Shown here: positions 1-11,799 of the stretch, piece by piece
How positions within the stretch are numbered: the first letter of the stretch is position 1
Layout of the letters: every line of letters starts with the position of its first letter
Program-made: the position numbers and the translations under genes
Assembly: GCA_030265395.1 (NCBI GenBank)
Contig: JARFYF010000051.1
Location: 33,846,146-33,910,145, forward strand
DNA: 64,000 nt
Source: Rhina ancylostomus
Taxonomy: Eukaryota
Reading direction: 5' to 3'
The notes under the pieces: model-generated
The model's input: only the letters and a program-made list of their open reading frames with translations
Told to the model about the DNA's origin: nothing
Databases searched by the model: none

Positions 1-72
1 GATCTGTATGAATGGTATGCAAGACAAGTTTTTCACTGTACCTTGGTACATGTGACAATAATAAACCAATTC
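1..72 (+). mobile_element. 3' tail of a Rex1/L2-like LINE
   Basis: TTTTCACTGTACCTTGGTACATGTGACAATAATAAAC. Similar tails at about 21335-21380, 36300-36370 (minus) and 56220-56270. Confidence 0.6.
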
Positions 73-1559
73 TAATAAGAGAATTCAGGCAAAACTCTGA
101 TGCTGGAGGAAGTTTGTAGAATAGCCACCAACATGAAATGGTGCTTATAACTGAAGGCAGTTTTACTCAAGGCATGATTTGGGCACAAGGTGCAATTACG
201 GGAGAATTCCATGGAGATGACAGTGATGGCATAGCCTCCTTCTTCATGGTCAAACCATATGGAAACCACAAGGGGGTTTAACAGGGAACCAGTTGGTCTT
301 GTGGAGACCAAGTGAAGGTGCTCAAATTTCTGAAGCACATGCAACTGTCAAAGTTGGATTGTGGAGTCAATGCAGAGATGTTCAGGAATTGCAGAAATGA
401 TATGGTTCAGGTCAACAGCAGATACAGGAAAGTTCATGTGGATCACCTGTTGTCTGATCGTCACGTCAGAGAGGATGGAATTGACAACACTCAGAGATCT
501 GAGGTACAGGATGATCCCCAGAACATAGTCATTGCCCAAAGGGGAGAAAGACCTAAATGAGGTTGAGACAAAGACAAAGAGATGCCACAGAAAGTCCCAG
601 GAAAGTAAACTAACCAGCATCTTGAACAAGTACTAAATACACCTGCCCTGTGGAGGAGGCCTCAGACAGCAAGGTCGAAGATGCTGATAATGATGATTGT
701 TTTCTTTCACTGCATTAAAAGTTTCTTTTCTTCTTTTTGTTAATAGGTGGGCAGTAGGGCATATGTCAAATTAGTTGAATGTTGCTTTAAGGCTGCAGCC
801 TCTGTACCTACTGTTAGCTGAACAGTTACGTTGTTTGTAGGAGCTTCCACAGCCAGTCTATGTTTATTACAATGGCCACTTGGTCATGCTTGTTGGCAGC
901 TCCTGAAGTCTGTGCAAAACCAATCAGGACCTCACCTCAGTCCACCAGACACAGTGCTCTCACTGTCATCCCATAACCCCAGTCTAAGTTTAAGATAATG
1001 CCAGTGAGTGAGGGGTTTGTGTGAGGAGTATACTAGAGCTATGAATAAGGTCAATACTGAGAAATCTGAGCACCGTCCCTGCCCACCCCACGCCCCACCT
1101 TTCAGATGTAAACCATCTTGAGTGTTCTACACTTGTCTGGCAGCCAAAGAAGAAAACTGTAACCCAATGGGTCTGGGTTAAGTGTCTAAAAGGCTGCACT
1201 TGTTTTTGGCTTGCTGGCTTAGAGAGAAAGATGTGATGTTACTGCATGATATATATCATCAACTAATATCTGTACAGCATCTTTATATGCCCATTTGTGG
1301 TTATGTCCAATAGAGGTATAAAACTGACAATGAATAGATAATGTAACTTGATATAGATTGTCTGGAATAATAATTATTCAAATAATATACTGGTGCATGA
1401 ATACATAGCAACATGACTGGGTTTTTCAGTGCCTCTGAAATTCTTTTCCAAATTTCAATAACAATTGATGGAAGAGTGGAACACAGGTGACAGAGTGCTG
1501 TTATTGGTACTTCTGCTGTAATCTAAAACAGGGAAAAATTGTTGAAGTCTTTGAGGATT

Positions 1560-2300
1560 ATAATAGGAGCAGGACTATGCTATCTGCCCCTATAAGCCTG
1601 CTCTGCCGCTCATTAATATCATGGCTAGGCTTCTACCCTAGTGCCACTTTGCAAGACTGCCTCCATAACCCTCAAGTCCAGAAGTTTATCAATTTCTGTT
1701 TTGAATGAACACAACAACAGAGCGTCCACAGTTCTCCTGGGTAGAGTATTCCAAAGACTCATCACTCTCTGAGTGAAGAGATCTCTTGCCATCTCAGTCC
1801 TAACTGGAGCTTCCTGGTCCTGGGCGTCTCAGCCAGGAGAAGAATCTTCCCTGTATCCGGCCTGTCAAGATATTTAAGAATTCTGTAGTCTTCATTGAGA
1901 TCTCTCCTTCTAAACTCCAAAGAATGTGGTTCCAATCTACTCAATCTCTCCCTCTAAGGTAAGACCATCATCTAGTGAATCATTGCTGTGCTCCCTTTAT
2001 GGCAAATATTAGGTGAAGAGACCAAAACTGTGCACAATATTCCAGGTGCAGTCTCACCTGAACCCTGATAATTGCAATAAGACTTCAAATCCTCTTTCAA
2101 TAAAGGCCATCATACCAATAGCCCTCCCAATTGATTGTTACACCTGCACATTGTCTTTGAGAATCAACACTATTGAATCTTTCATCTTTTAACAAATATC
2201 ACTATTCTGCTTTGTGTACAACATTTTTTCCCATATTATATTCCTTTGACACATTCAATCAGCTTGTCCATTTCCACTTGGAGCTACTGGAAACTTACAA
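1560..2300 (-). mobile_element. Degenerate CR1-type LINE 3' fragment
   Basis: Reverse complement of the typical CR1 end and RT C-terminal region (GACCAAAACTGTGCACAATATTCCAGGTGCAGTCTCACC). Confidence 0.7.
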
Positions 2301-2574
2301 CTTTGGTCCTCGCTTGTCATATGCTGCCTAACTTGAGAAGGCTCCATTTATTCTCATTCTGCTTTCTGTCTGATTATCCCATCTGAATCCAGTCATTTAT
2401 AGTTATTCTTGGATAATTTCTGTGGAATATTAAAGCCCCATGGATATTCCACTTCTCACAGTGATCCAGAACTTCACAAGCAGATTACTTTCACAGGTGA
2501 GCTACCTGATAACTCTGCAATGGGGTTTTATTGGACCCCACACCACCTGTGCCACTGTTAACCTCCTAGAGCCG

Positions 2575-2900
2575 TAGACAGATACAGCACAGAAACAAGC
2601 CCTTCAGCTCATCGAGTCCATGTCAATCATTAACCACTCGTTCACACTAATTCTAATTTAATTCCCTGTTTTATTCTCCCTACATTCTCACCAACTCCAC
2701 CCAGCTTCTACCACTCACCTAGAGGCAATTTACAGTGACCAGTTAACCTATCAGCCTGCATACCCTTGGGATGAGGGAGCAACCCAGAGCGACCACAGGA
2801 AACCCATGAGGTCACACAATGAGAACACACAAATTCCTCACAGACTGAACCTGGGTCCCTGGTGTTGCAAGCCACTAGCTCTACAAGTTGTGCCATTCCA
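2575..2900 (-). mobile_element. tRNA-derived HE1/V-SINE-like element
   Basis: tRNA-like head with a B-box (GGTTCAGTC), V-domain-like body (TGGGTTTCCTG..GCTCTGG..CCCAAG) and CR1-like tail. Confidence 0.75.
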
Positions 2901-2917
2901 ANNNNNNNNNNNNNNNN

Positions 2918-3100
2918 NAGCAAAATAAAACTGCAGCTGGAGACAGTCAGCAGGTTGAGTAGCATCTGTGGAAAAAGAAACAAGTTCATTTCTCAGGTCA
3001 GAGACCAATTCTCGCATGGTGTCTTTGACCCGAAATGTTAACAGCTTTGCTTTCCACACATGCTACCTGTCCTGCAGTGTTTCTCCAGCATTTTATCTTT
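2918..3100. mobile_element. Palindromic Penelope-derived element
   Basis: Left arm CTGGAGACAGTCAGCAGG..GCATCTGTGGAAA is inverted relative to right arm TTTCCACACATGCTACCTG..TTTCTCCAGC. Central GACCCGAAATGTT. Confidence 0.6.
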
Positions 3101-3467
3101 TACTTCATGGCAAGGCCTTGTGTGGTTTGTACAATGTTTGGGTGGGGATGGGGGTGGAGGGACCGAGATAGACAGGCACTCATGGGGCAGGCAGCAGCGG
3201 TGGAAAGCTCATCTTTCTCACGACGATGAGAGAAGCGAATCAGATAAGCCACGACTTTTGATTTAGTTGGCCGTCAAAGCAGTCTGAGACATTTAGATGC
3301 ATTCAAAGACAGCAATTGAACAATTACACTTCTTGGAAAGATCCAACAGCAAAGCTTTTCGGGTGGAGTGCCAAGGGCAAGTGCTGAAGCATTGCCCCAT
3401 CAGAGCTAATCAAGTAAACATGGTAGAACAAGTGCCCCAGGAAGTCTGACACATGCACATTTGCAAA

Positions 3468-3818
3468 CAGTAAAACTCTAATAACCTGTTATTCAGCATC
3501 ATGCTCACCGGGTAATGATCCCTATGTTCCCCTGAAACTTACCAGTGCCTACACCCACCCAAGTCTCACTGGTCACTATGCTCCCCGAGACTTACTGGAT
3601 GCCCAGTTCTTGTGCTCCCCCGAATAACTAGGTCCCTGCTTCCTGTGATTTCCTGCATCTTTTTGGCTCACTGGCAGGTTTAATAATAATGCTGCATCAC
3701 ATCTAAAAACTCATTAAAACTGTGTTGGGGTATTAGTATGAATAACATCCAACTGTCCAGAAAATCTGCCAGACCAGTACCACCAAGTCCAGAGTGTGTT
3801 GGATTATCTGCTTTACTG
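3468..3818. mobile_element. Tigger/pogo-like non-autonomous DNA transposon (MITE)
   Basis: Imperfect TIRs CAGTAAAACTCTAATAACC ... GGATTATCTGCTTTACTG followed by TA. Internal degenerate repeats. Confidence 0.55.
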
Positions 3819-3970
3819 TACATGGGAATCCCAAGGTCTGAGGCAATGTGCGCTGGAAAAATATCAGCTGATGTATCTGTACAAAATCTGGGCTGTTGCT
3901 CTCTCTCTAGATTATGTATCTTTTTTTTATTATTCTTTGTAGTTGGAGTCATACGAAAGGCAGATTTATG

Positions 3971-3976
3971 TTTATT
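3971..3976 (-). terminator. Candidate distal poly(A) signal
   Basis: AATAAA on the minus strand near the end of the SINE-free block, about 2.45 kb past the stop. Confidence 0.45.
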
Positions 3977-5730
3977 GTAATACCCAAAGGAAACCTTGCC
4001 CATGTATTGGCAGACATGGATGTGCAACCCTGACCCTAGTCGGCAGCTCCTTTTCTGCAGTTGGTACATCGGGAATCTGGCCCTGAATTGTCACTCAGCA
4101 ATAGATCAGTGTTAACGTGCATCAGGCCATGCTAAAGACCTTGCGGCCAAAATATTTCATAAGAGTAAAAAATTTTACCAAAGCAACAAAACAAAACCCA
4201 CATCCAATCGAAAAAAGAAAAGGCAACCTGTGTTTTTAATGGAACTGGAAAGCATGGGTGATGAATGGTGCTTGAATGACTCCCCCCAGTCAAGTAACCA
4301 ACTACCCTACCCTTCCCTCTTTGTTCTGGGTAATAGTCTCTCCAGGCACGTAACCCAGCACTCTTCCAGTGTGAGCTCTGGTGCTAAGCTCAATTCACTC
4401 ATCCTTCAGTTCAAACAACGTTACAGTGACTCTGGAGAGTGAAAAGATATGGAAGTTTGTTCCCTCATCCTCACCTCCGTTGCTTTGTTGTGGCTTGGTA
4501 GCTCCATCATTAACCAGATCAGGTGCTATTCACAAGTTCCTCAATAGTTCAGCAATTAAATATCTTATAATAAGACTTCGAGGCTTTACTACTTTGCCCC
4601 AGAACTAGTGACTCATTTCCATTCTCTCCATAGCTGAGCATCAAAGTCTCTAAGGTAATGGATAGGCTCAAGCTTCTTGAATTTGAGGAGGCAGGAGCAC
4701 TTTTTAACCACCTGATCTGTAGTAAAATCATATTTTCATAGCTGAAACAACACAGGGTAGCTTTCAATTAGGTCGATCCCAAGACTTTGCCACATTTTCA
4801 TTTGATAAAACTGGCTCTCCCTGCCCCCAGTCCCCTCCAGCATTAAAACAACACTTATACAAAGTAGCTTACACCAAATGGAAACATCAAGAACTCCATC
4901 TGTTTGTAAGACGCATTTACAAAACAGGTAATTTCTGTGAAATATTTTCTGAAAGCACTAATTAGTGGAACACCACAAAGTTTATACACTACAGAATATA
5001 CAGGGTTCCAAAAGTTGTCTGGAACTAATTTAGATTTCAATGGTATTTAGGATTTTAGATGTTGGTAGGTGGTCCCTTCCAATTAAATTCAATTCCATCC
5101 ACAATTAGTCATGAAACAATCAAAACCCAATTTAAATGTGCAACCAATACCATAAGCTTTTTTTTAAATATCACCCCATACTTGGTTTAGTGAACACAAA
5201 TTGCAGTTCAGATGCATGAACATTTGGTACCTTTCAAATCTGAGGACTGTAGATTTTTAAAAACACATTAATCTATAATCTACATTGAGCTGTTTCTACA
5301 GGTTAATTTGTTTTGTGTGATATATACCTTTTCAAAACTGCTCATTTGCAGTTATATTCAAGATTTACCTTATCAAGAAAGCAGAATAAAGTTGACTAAT
5401 GCTTCAGAACCATTTACTGCCTGTTAAAGGCTGCCAAATTGCAGATAACAGTCATTCAGCTGCTAGTCATTACTGGGGTACATCAAAAGAGTCAAAAAAA
5501 ACCCCAAAAAAACTACAAGCTTCCATTCTTCAAACCCTTAGGCTAGAGTATTTCTGAACACACTAATTTATCAGAAATATGCTCTCGTTAGATCTATATT
5601 TGGAGTGTCTGGGTGACATTATTAATATGTGCAAGTATATGAAAATGAACCAATTCCACTTTAGTAGAAGGAAAAAGATATACAAGTTCATGTTCCACAA
5701 GATGTTCCACAAAACCATGGTGTAAAATTG

Positions 5731-5736
5731 TTTATT
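5731..5736 (-). terminator. Candidate proximal poly(A) signal
   Basis: AATAAA on the minus strand followed by GU-rich sequence (GGTTTTGTGG...CTTGTGG). Confidence 0.5.
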
Positions 5737-6424
5737 GGACAAACCGATTTCTCATCTGCTAGACAAAGCAATTGTATCAGAGTTGCTGGCAAAGTTACTG
5801 TTATTTTGTATTGCCAACCTAGGTGCAAGGAGGTTAAATATTTGGCTACTCCTAGGTCTCAAAATCTTAAACACATTGTATTGGCAGACAAATTAAAGTG
5901 CATAGAATTGCGGTTTTGATTATTTTAATAGAAAGTGACAGCTCAGTTAAAATAGTTAATAGAATACAGAAAGCATAATTAATTATACAATAAATTTGAA
6001 CACTGATTGTACTAAATGCAACAGTACCAGGAAACAAAGAAATAAACACAAATGTTAACACAATAAAACTGTATTACATTTGTGTTTCAAATATTACAAT
6101 ATAGTATGTACAAGAGTCATCCAAAATAAACATCTCATGCCAAATGAAAAAAAAATTATAAACTGTAAGCAGCAAAGAATAAAAGGGTTTGGTCTCCCTC
6201 ATGACAAAAGCTCAATATATACAGTAGGTCTAAGACATTCAACTTAGAACAGGAACAAAATGACTATATACTGTTTTCTTCCACCCTTTATTCCAAACAT
6301 GGCCACCAGCTCTGGATACTGTGTGTCTATTCTATTAGTTCCTGTTTCAATTCATATTTACATGTTAAGTAAACGATACAGAAGTTAGTGCTTATAACTA
6401 ATTTGATAGAAGTGCCCGACAAGG

Positions 6425-6530
6425 TCAGCGAACCTGGGATGCGTAGCCTTCTTTCATCAAACCTTCCTCATAGTCTGTCTGGCACAGAATCATATTGTTC
6501 TTGAGGAAAAATTTATCTCCAACACAAAAC
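6425..6530 (-). CDS. LMO3: LMO3 coding exon 3 (end of LIM2 to stop)
   Basis: Read manually as (R)FCVGDKFFLKNNMILCQTDYEEGLMKEGYASQVR-TGA. Acceptor CTGTGTTCAG|G with a pyrimidine tract. 106 nt; 206+126+106=438 nt, i.e. 145 aa plus stop. Confidence 0.98.
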
Positions 6531-7939
6531 CTGAACACAGAAGAGGGAGGGAGGGAGAAAATATGAGAGGTGTTAAATATATGGGACAACCAAGTAGACA
6601 GGTTCCTTAAATAGAAATAAAATCTATTAGTGTATAATACACCTGCACATTTCTATTATACGTTGAGAGCTACTTCACCTAGTCAGACATTTGGCTCAGT
6701 TGTTAGGTGGGGGTTCCAATTTGCTGATGGAAAGCAACATTTGTCTAATATGTATACATGACAAGTATGCACAAAGAGTTCTTAACTGTAGGCTTTTAAG
6801 CAAATTACAGTGCTTTGTGACCGTTTGGATTTAACCTTCAGAGGCTCTTATGCCTACTCTACCAAATCCAGTAAAACGGTGCATAATTACACAGATCAAC
6901 CCAGGTGACCCTTGATAGCAGGCTTTGTTGTTTGGATAGCTGTTTACTGATGATGTTCCATTGTACTGACAGAAATCCCATTGGTAATAATGTTAAACAG
7001 ATTAGATTTAATATTGAAAGCAACACAATGTTCTGTGATTCTCAAGTGCGGAATTAGAAGCTTTTCACAGATATTAATTCCAGACAAATTGTGCGCCTCT
7101 TCATCTCTCAACCAAGCAGGTTTCCTTTAGAACTGCTGCATTGATTACATAAGTTGGAAGAACTAAATAGAAGATGGTCTTTTGGAAAAGGCAAAAAAAG
7201 GTAAAAGGTAAATGTATTCTTTGCCACTTTTGCTAAATATGCATCTCGGGAAAGTTAACAAAGTTTAAAAAAAAATGGAGTGCAAAAAGTAGACACTAGT
7301 AAGCTCAGTATTCATTGTAAATGACCAAGGAAAAATTTCCTCTTTTTCTTTGTAAACAAGTAACTTCTCACTTTTTATTTGCATATTGTAGAGTTTAAAA
7401 AGACCCAGGGGAGCTTTATGAGCTATTGAGTTAGGAAGTGTCTCTTGCATTCTTCATTGGATTGGTGTGTACCTCACATTTTTAGTTCCTGTATTAGATG
7501 TACGTGTACGTAGGTTACAGAATATTTCTACAAACCATATGCTTATGTTAATGCTCAAATCAGATCAAGCTACATGATGCTGAACTAGCAGCATTTCACA
7601 GTCATTGTTTACCACATAATTTATACAAGAACTCAATTTCTTCTCAGACAAACTTTTTATGAATTGACTGAATAAAGTAGAATATTTTCTATTGCTCTAA
7701 GTGAAGATTTCAGTAGCTTACTGATGCTTAAAGTTGATCATACTTAAGTTTACTAATTCGGATTGTGAGCAGAACACTCTGGGCACAACTGCTTTGTTGA
7801 ACAAAGGTTCAATAGAAGAAACAGCATAGACAAGAACCTTTAAATTTAAAATGGGCAAGGGAAACAAGGTCACTCTATTCCTTGCTGTATGTTCTACAGC
7901 AAAGCCAAAGCACAAATCCAAAAATAGACTCAACACCTT

Positions 7940-8645
7940 TTATGATCGCAGGTCACCCCAATGTACGTCGATAACCAATAAATTACTTTTCTAGTCACTG
8001 TTGGAAAGCAGAAAGCCATGGTTGCCAGATTGCACACTCCCACAAAAAGAAATATGACATTGACCAGATAATCTGTTTGTGATGTTGATTGAGAGCTATG
8101 GGTGGGGGTTGTGTAGCTCAGTGATTAAGAATCCAGAGTCCTGGACTATTGATTTGAAAAGATTAGTTTCTCCACCACAGCAGCTGGGAACTCTAAATTT
8201 AAGCAAATGAAACAACCCAAAATAAAAAAGGTAGCATCACTAATGAGAACCATGAAAAGCACCAGACTGTCATTAAAACCCATCCTTACCTGTTTTGGCC
8301 TATGTGCGATTCCAGCCCCAACAAATTCCTCCTCAGTTCAGGGCATTTAGGAATGGACTAATAAAAAAATGCCAGCATTGCCAACGACATCCACATCGAA
8401 TGAACAAATAAAAAGAACAAATATAGGCCAATACAATGAGTAATAGATCCATGCTCTTCTTCAAAATGGTCCAATGGAATCTTTCATGTCCACCTGAGGG
8501 GACAGAGTGGGTCGCAAGGGGGCATCTGTGACAGAACAGCACTCTTTCAGTGGTCCAAAATGTTCTTCTCAAGTCTCCGAACTGGGACTTGAACCCACAA
8601 CTTTTTGACCCAGACAGCCGTGCCATCGACTGAGCCACAGCTGAA
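7940..8645 (-). mobile_element. DeuSINE (SacSINE1-like), interrupted by a second SINE
   Basis: Deu-domain-like TGACCAGATAATCTGTTTGTGATGTTGATTGAG (about 8060-8095) resumes at about 8450 (TGCTCTTCTTCAAAAT..TCCACCTGAG) and ends in a tRNA head (GGGACTTGAACCCACAAC..CTGAGCCACAGCTGA). Confidence 0.65.
8105..8415 (+). mobile_element. tRNA-derived SINE with a CR1-like tail, nested in the DeuSINE
   Basis: Head GTAGCTCAGTG, tail GGGCATTTAGGAATGG..TGCCAACGACATCCACATC..AAATAAAAA. A related copy lies at about 38370-38630. Confidence 0.55.
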
Positions 8646-9671
8646 GGAGGTGTGACTATTTCCTCAGGCATCTTCATAACTTTTCTCATTAATGCTGTCC
8701 TCTCTGCACAGAGCTCTTTATCCCCCATGCTGGCTCTCTCATCTCTCAATGGGAGCTTTTTCTGGTATCCATGCAGGATTTGCAATGCTCTGAGCTTGGG
8801 GGAGCCTCTTGGCCACGAGTGACATCACAAGTGAGTCCTACTACTTTCCTTACTCATGAGGCTGCATTTCTTCAGGGCAATGTGCTGGCAACACTACAAA
8901 TGGAGGACAGTTTCTCAAGCTCAATGACTTGTGAAATCATGAGAATGCATCTTATGGCTGGAGTAGTAGCAGGACCCAGGGGAGTCTTTGCAGTTTAGGA
9001 ATGTTAATTGACCTGATAAAAATCTCAATGCAAAGTAGTTAAGTTTGCAGATGATGCCAAACCTAGCGGGATAGGAGGCAGGAGGCAGAGCTAATGGGCG
9101 CGGCATGGGATGACTAGAAGGAATTTGAATGTGAGCAGCAAAGTGGGAGAAGAATTACAGTAAAGTCCCATTTATCCGATATTTATGCATCCAGAATTTT
9201 CATGCAACAAGAATTTCTAAGAATATTCAGCCTTTGATTTACAAACCTGATGAAATGCCATTAGAATATCCAGGACATGGTGAATAAATTGCACCAGCCT
9301 TTTGCCATTTAGAATTAAATGATTTTAGTTTAAGTGGTAGCCTAGACCAGGCTATGTGTAAAAAAAAGTCCATGCAAAGTGTACATGGATTGTCTTGTTT
9401 TTAAAATAAGCTGAAACAGTGAATTTTATTTCAAATGTTATGCAAAGTAAGTGTGAAAATATGTTTTATACTTTGTTTATACACAAGGACAGTGCAGTTA
9501 TATTTTGATTTGCAGCAGCATTTTTGAAGATTTGCCACTTTGTGTGATGGTGAGCAGTAATTTTTTCGATTTATTTTTGCTGTATTTTACATTAGTACTG
9601 TTTAGCTTTAAAATATAGAATTGCAGCATAAAGCAGAGTTATTTACAAGGATAAAGAGAGGACATAGTTCC

Positions 9672-9804
9672 GCAGACACAAGAGACTGCAGATGCTGGAT
9701 TCTGGAGCATCAAACAATCTGCTGGAGAAACTCAGTGGGTCGATCAGCATCTGTGTGGGGGAAAGGAATTGTCCACATTTCGGGTCGAAACTCTGCATCA
9801 GGAC
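9672..9804 (-). mobile_element. Penelope-derived element with a degenerate hammerhead motif
   Basis: Minus strand reads GTC-CTGATGC-AGAGTTTCGACCC-GAAA-TGTG-GAC, then the CACAGATGCTG..CTCCAGC..CAGCATCTGCAG tail. Confidence 0.65.
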
Positions 9805-10479
9805 CCTCTTCTCACTGCTCCCTCTCTGTGGATGCTCTACTCTCCGGCTCTTTAACCATATAGTTCAGCAATTTATTTAAAGGTTAATGCATAGAACACT
9901 AGTATGTGTTGTACAGAATTTTTTATTTGGAGAAATTCTTGTGCAGTGACATATTCACACAACTGATCCCCCCCCAACCCCCATTATGTTACAAGTCAGG
10001 TAAGCATGCTTAAATTGTGTAGAAAGAATTAAAGTAGAAGTTGAACGCAATCTGAGAGTTTCACAAGACTCACCACTTAGTTTGGCAAAGCAGTCGAAGG
10101 GAACAACATACTGCAGTGTGTTTGCACAGATCAGCAGGGCATAAGCCAGGAGGAGATTATCCCAAAACAGAACCATGCAGGGTATTGGCCAGAAGAAACA
10201 AGTGCAACAATTGCATCCTCAAGAGAGCTGGCCCTCATACTGGCTGTGTTAACAAGGGTACATTGAAGGAAACTTTGAAAGAAGAATGAGAACAGAAGCT
10301 TATAGAAACAAATACAAAACTGTAAACCCAAAGTGTAAATTCAGGGAAGCAGAACTGTAGAACAAGGATAAGTACACTGGAAAACTGCAAATCTAGGTTT
10401 CTGGAGTATTCTTCAGAAAGGAATTCTGATTGTTGTGGGTTAAAAAAACTAAACATTCAGCACCCTGCCCCAGGAGGAG

Positions 10480-10770
10480 AAGAATGTAGGAAAAATGGCA
10501 AACAAGTTTTGCACAGCACAGGCCCCACAAAACAGCCCTGAAGGATTGGTTAATCTGTTTTAGTGATGCTCGTTGAAGGATAGATATTGCCAAAATGCTG
10601 GACTAACTCACATGCTCATCAAATAGAAAATTTGGATAGTTTAGGTAGAGCCTTGATATAACTTGATCTGAAAGGTAGGATCTCAGCACTCCACACACTT
10701 ATTAGCTGAAGTTATAGATTCAGTCAGGGCAAGAGTTGGTGTCGAACCAACAATCTCCTGAGCCAAGTAA
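10480..10770 (-). mobile_element. Degenerate DeuSINE fragment
   Basis: AATGTAGGAAAAATGGC..GCACAGCAC..CCCACAAA..TAATCTGTTTTAGTGATG matches the Deu-domain-like sequence at about 8000. Confidence 0.55.
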
Positions 10771-11799
10771 ATGACATCACTCAGTAGCGCTTCTGATTTT
10801 GATGGTGAAGTTATAACAGAGATAGCAATTCTGCATACTCAGTTTAATTAACAGGATTGCCAGAAAACCAACCAATTCTAAGTTTCAAGCTACTGAGCCA
10901 TTAAATGAGCAAAAGTGAAAATGTTGTTCATTCTGCTGTTGCAGACAGAAAACAGCTCAGATAGTAAAACCCATTCAACTGGGTTGGGGTCAGCTGAACA
11001 AAGTATGAAACAGGACAATAAAACAAAGTGGTAAAGCAACAGGATGCAAATATAAAAGTGTTTGTAGAGTCCTTGCAAAAAAGCGGCTCAAAGNNNNNNN
11101 NNNNNNNNNNNNNNNNNNNNNNNNNNNNNNNNNNNNNNNNNNNNNNNNNNNNNNNNNNNNNNNNNNNNNNNNNNNNNNNNNNNNNNNNNNNNNGCTCAAA
11201 GAAGTGAATGAAGTCCAGAGTGTTGAGATGTCCTCTGGGTGTTGGATGTGCAGGGAATGCAAAACACCCAAGAGAGGCTTTACTCCCTTGCATTCAAAGT
11301 ATTTTTCTTGTGGGAGAGGAAGCATTCAAGACCTTAAGAATCACCAACTATTTTGGTAACACTGTAGCCTTGTAGCAACATTTCTACATGCTTCCCTGGA
11401 ATGGGTAGTTGGTTATAATCAAATGAACTGAAAGTAAACCGTGTACGTCGTTGTCACTCATCGTTATCACTTTACTCTGCAGGTACCAGGAATCCAGTAA
11501 TCCTCAATTCACCACGGTTACTCAACCAGCCTCAACTGTGTGCAGAGAGGCAATGAAATGTTCCCAGTTGACAATCGTTGCATTGTTGACAGGATCAGAT
11601 GTTTCTTGGAAAAGTCGCCACCAACTCATGTTCTTTCTAAGCTGTTGCAGACATTCAAGGTCGACAGCCACTGGTCTCCTGTATCCCTCACACCATTTCT
11701 GATCCCCCAGCAGGTTTTTCAGCAAGGACCTGTCAAAGTTGTTAAGCTCAGAGCAACTAGGGCTAGGACGAAGTCTCCTGGCCTCTTGAGTCTGCTTTG

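Larger units (their letters stand above)
3950..6424 (-). other. LMO3: LMO3 3' UTR (extent inferred)
   Basis: AT-rich, SINE-free sequence after the TGA. Minus-strand AATAAA at 6287-6292, 5731-5736 and 3971-3976. The true end cannot be fixed without RNA data. Confidence 0.6.

Noticed and set aside
8333-8785. 150-aa ORF and similar 100-150-aa ORFs (20367, 30236, 38556)
   Set aside because: No recognisable domains. They overlap SINE or LINE remnants, and many use non-ATG starts.
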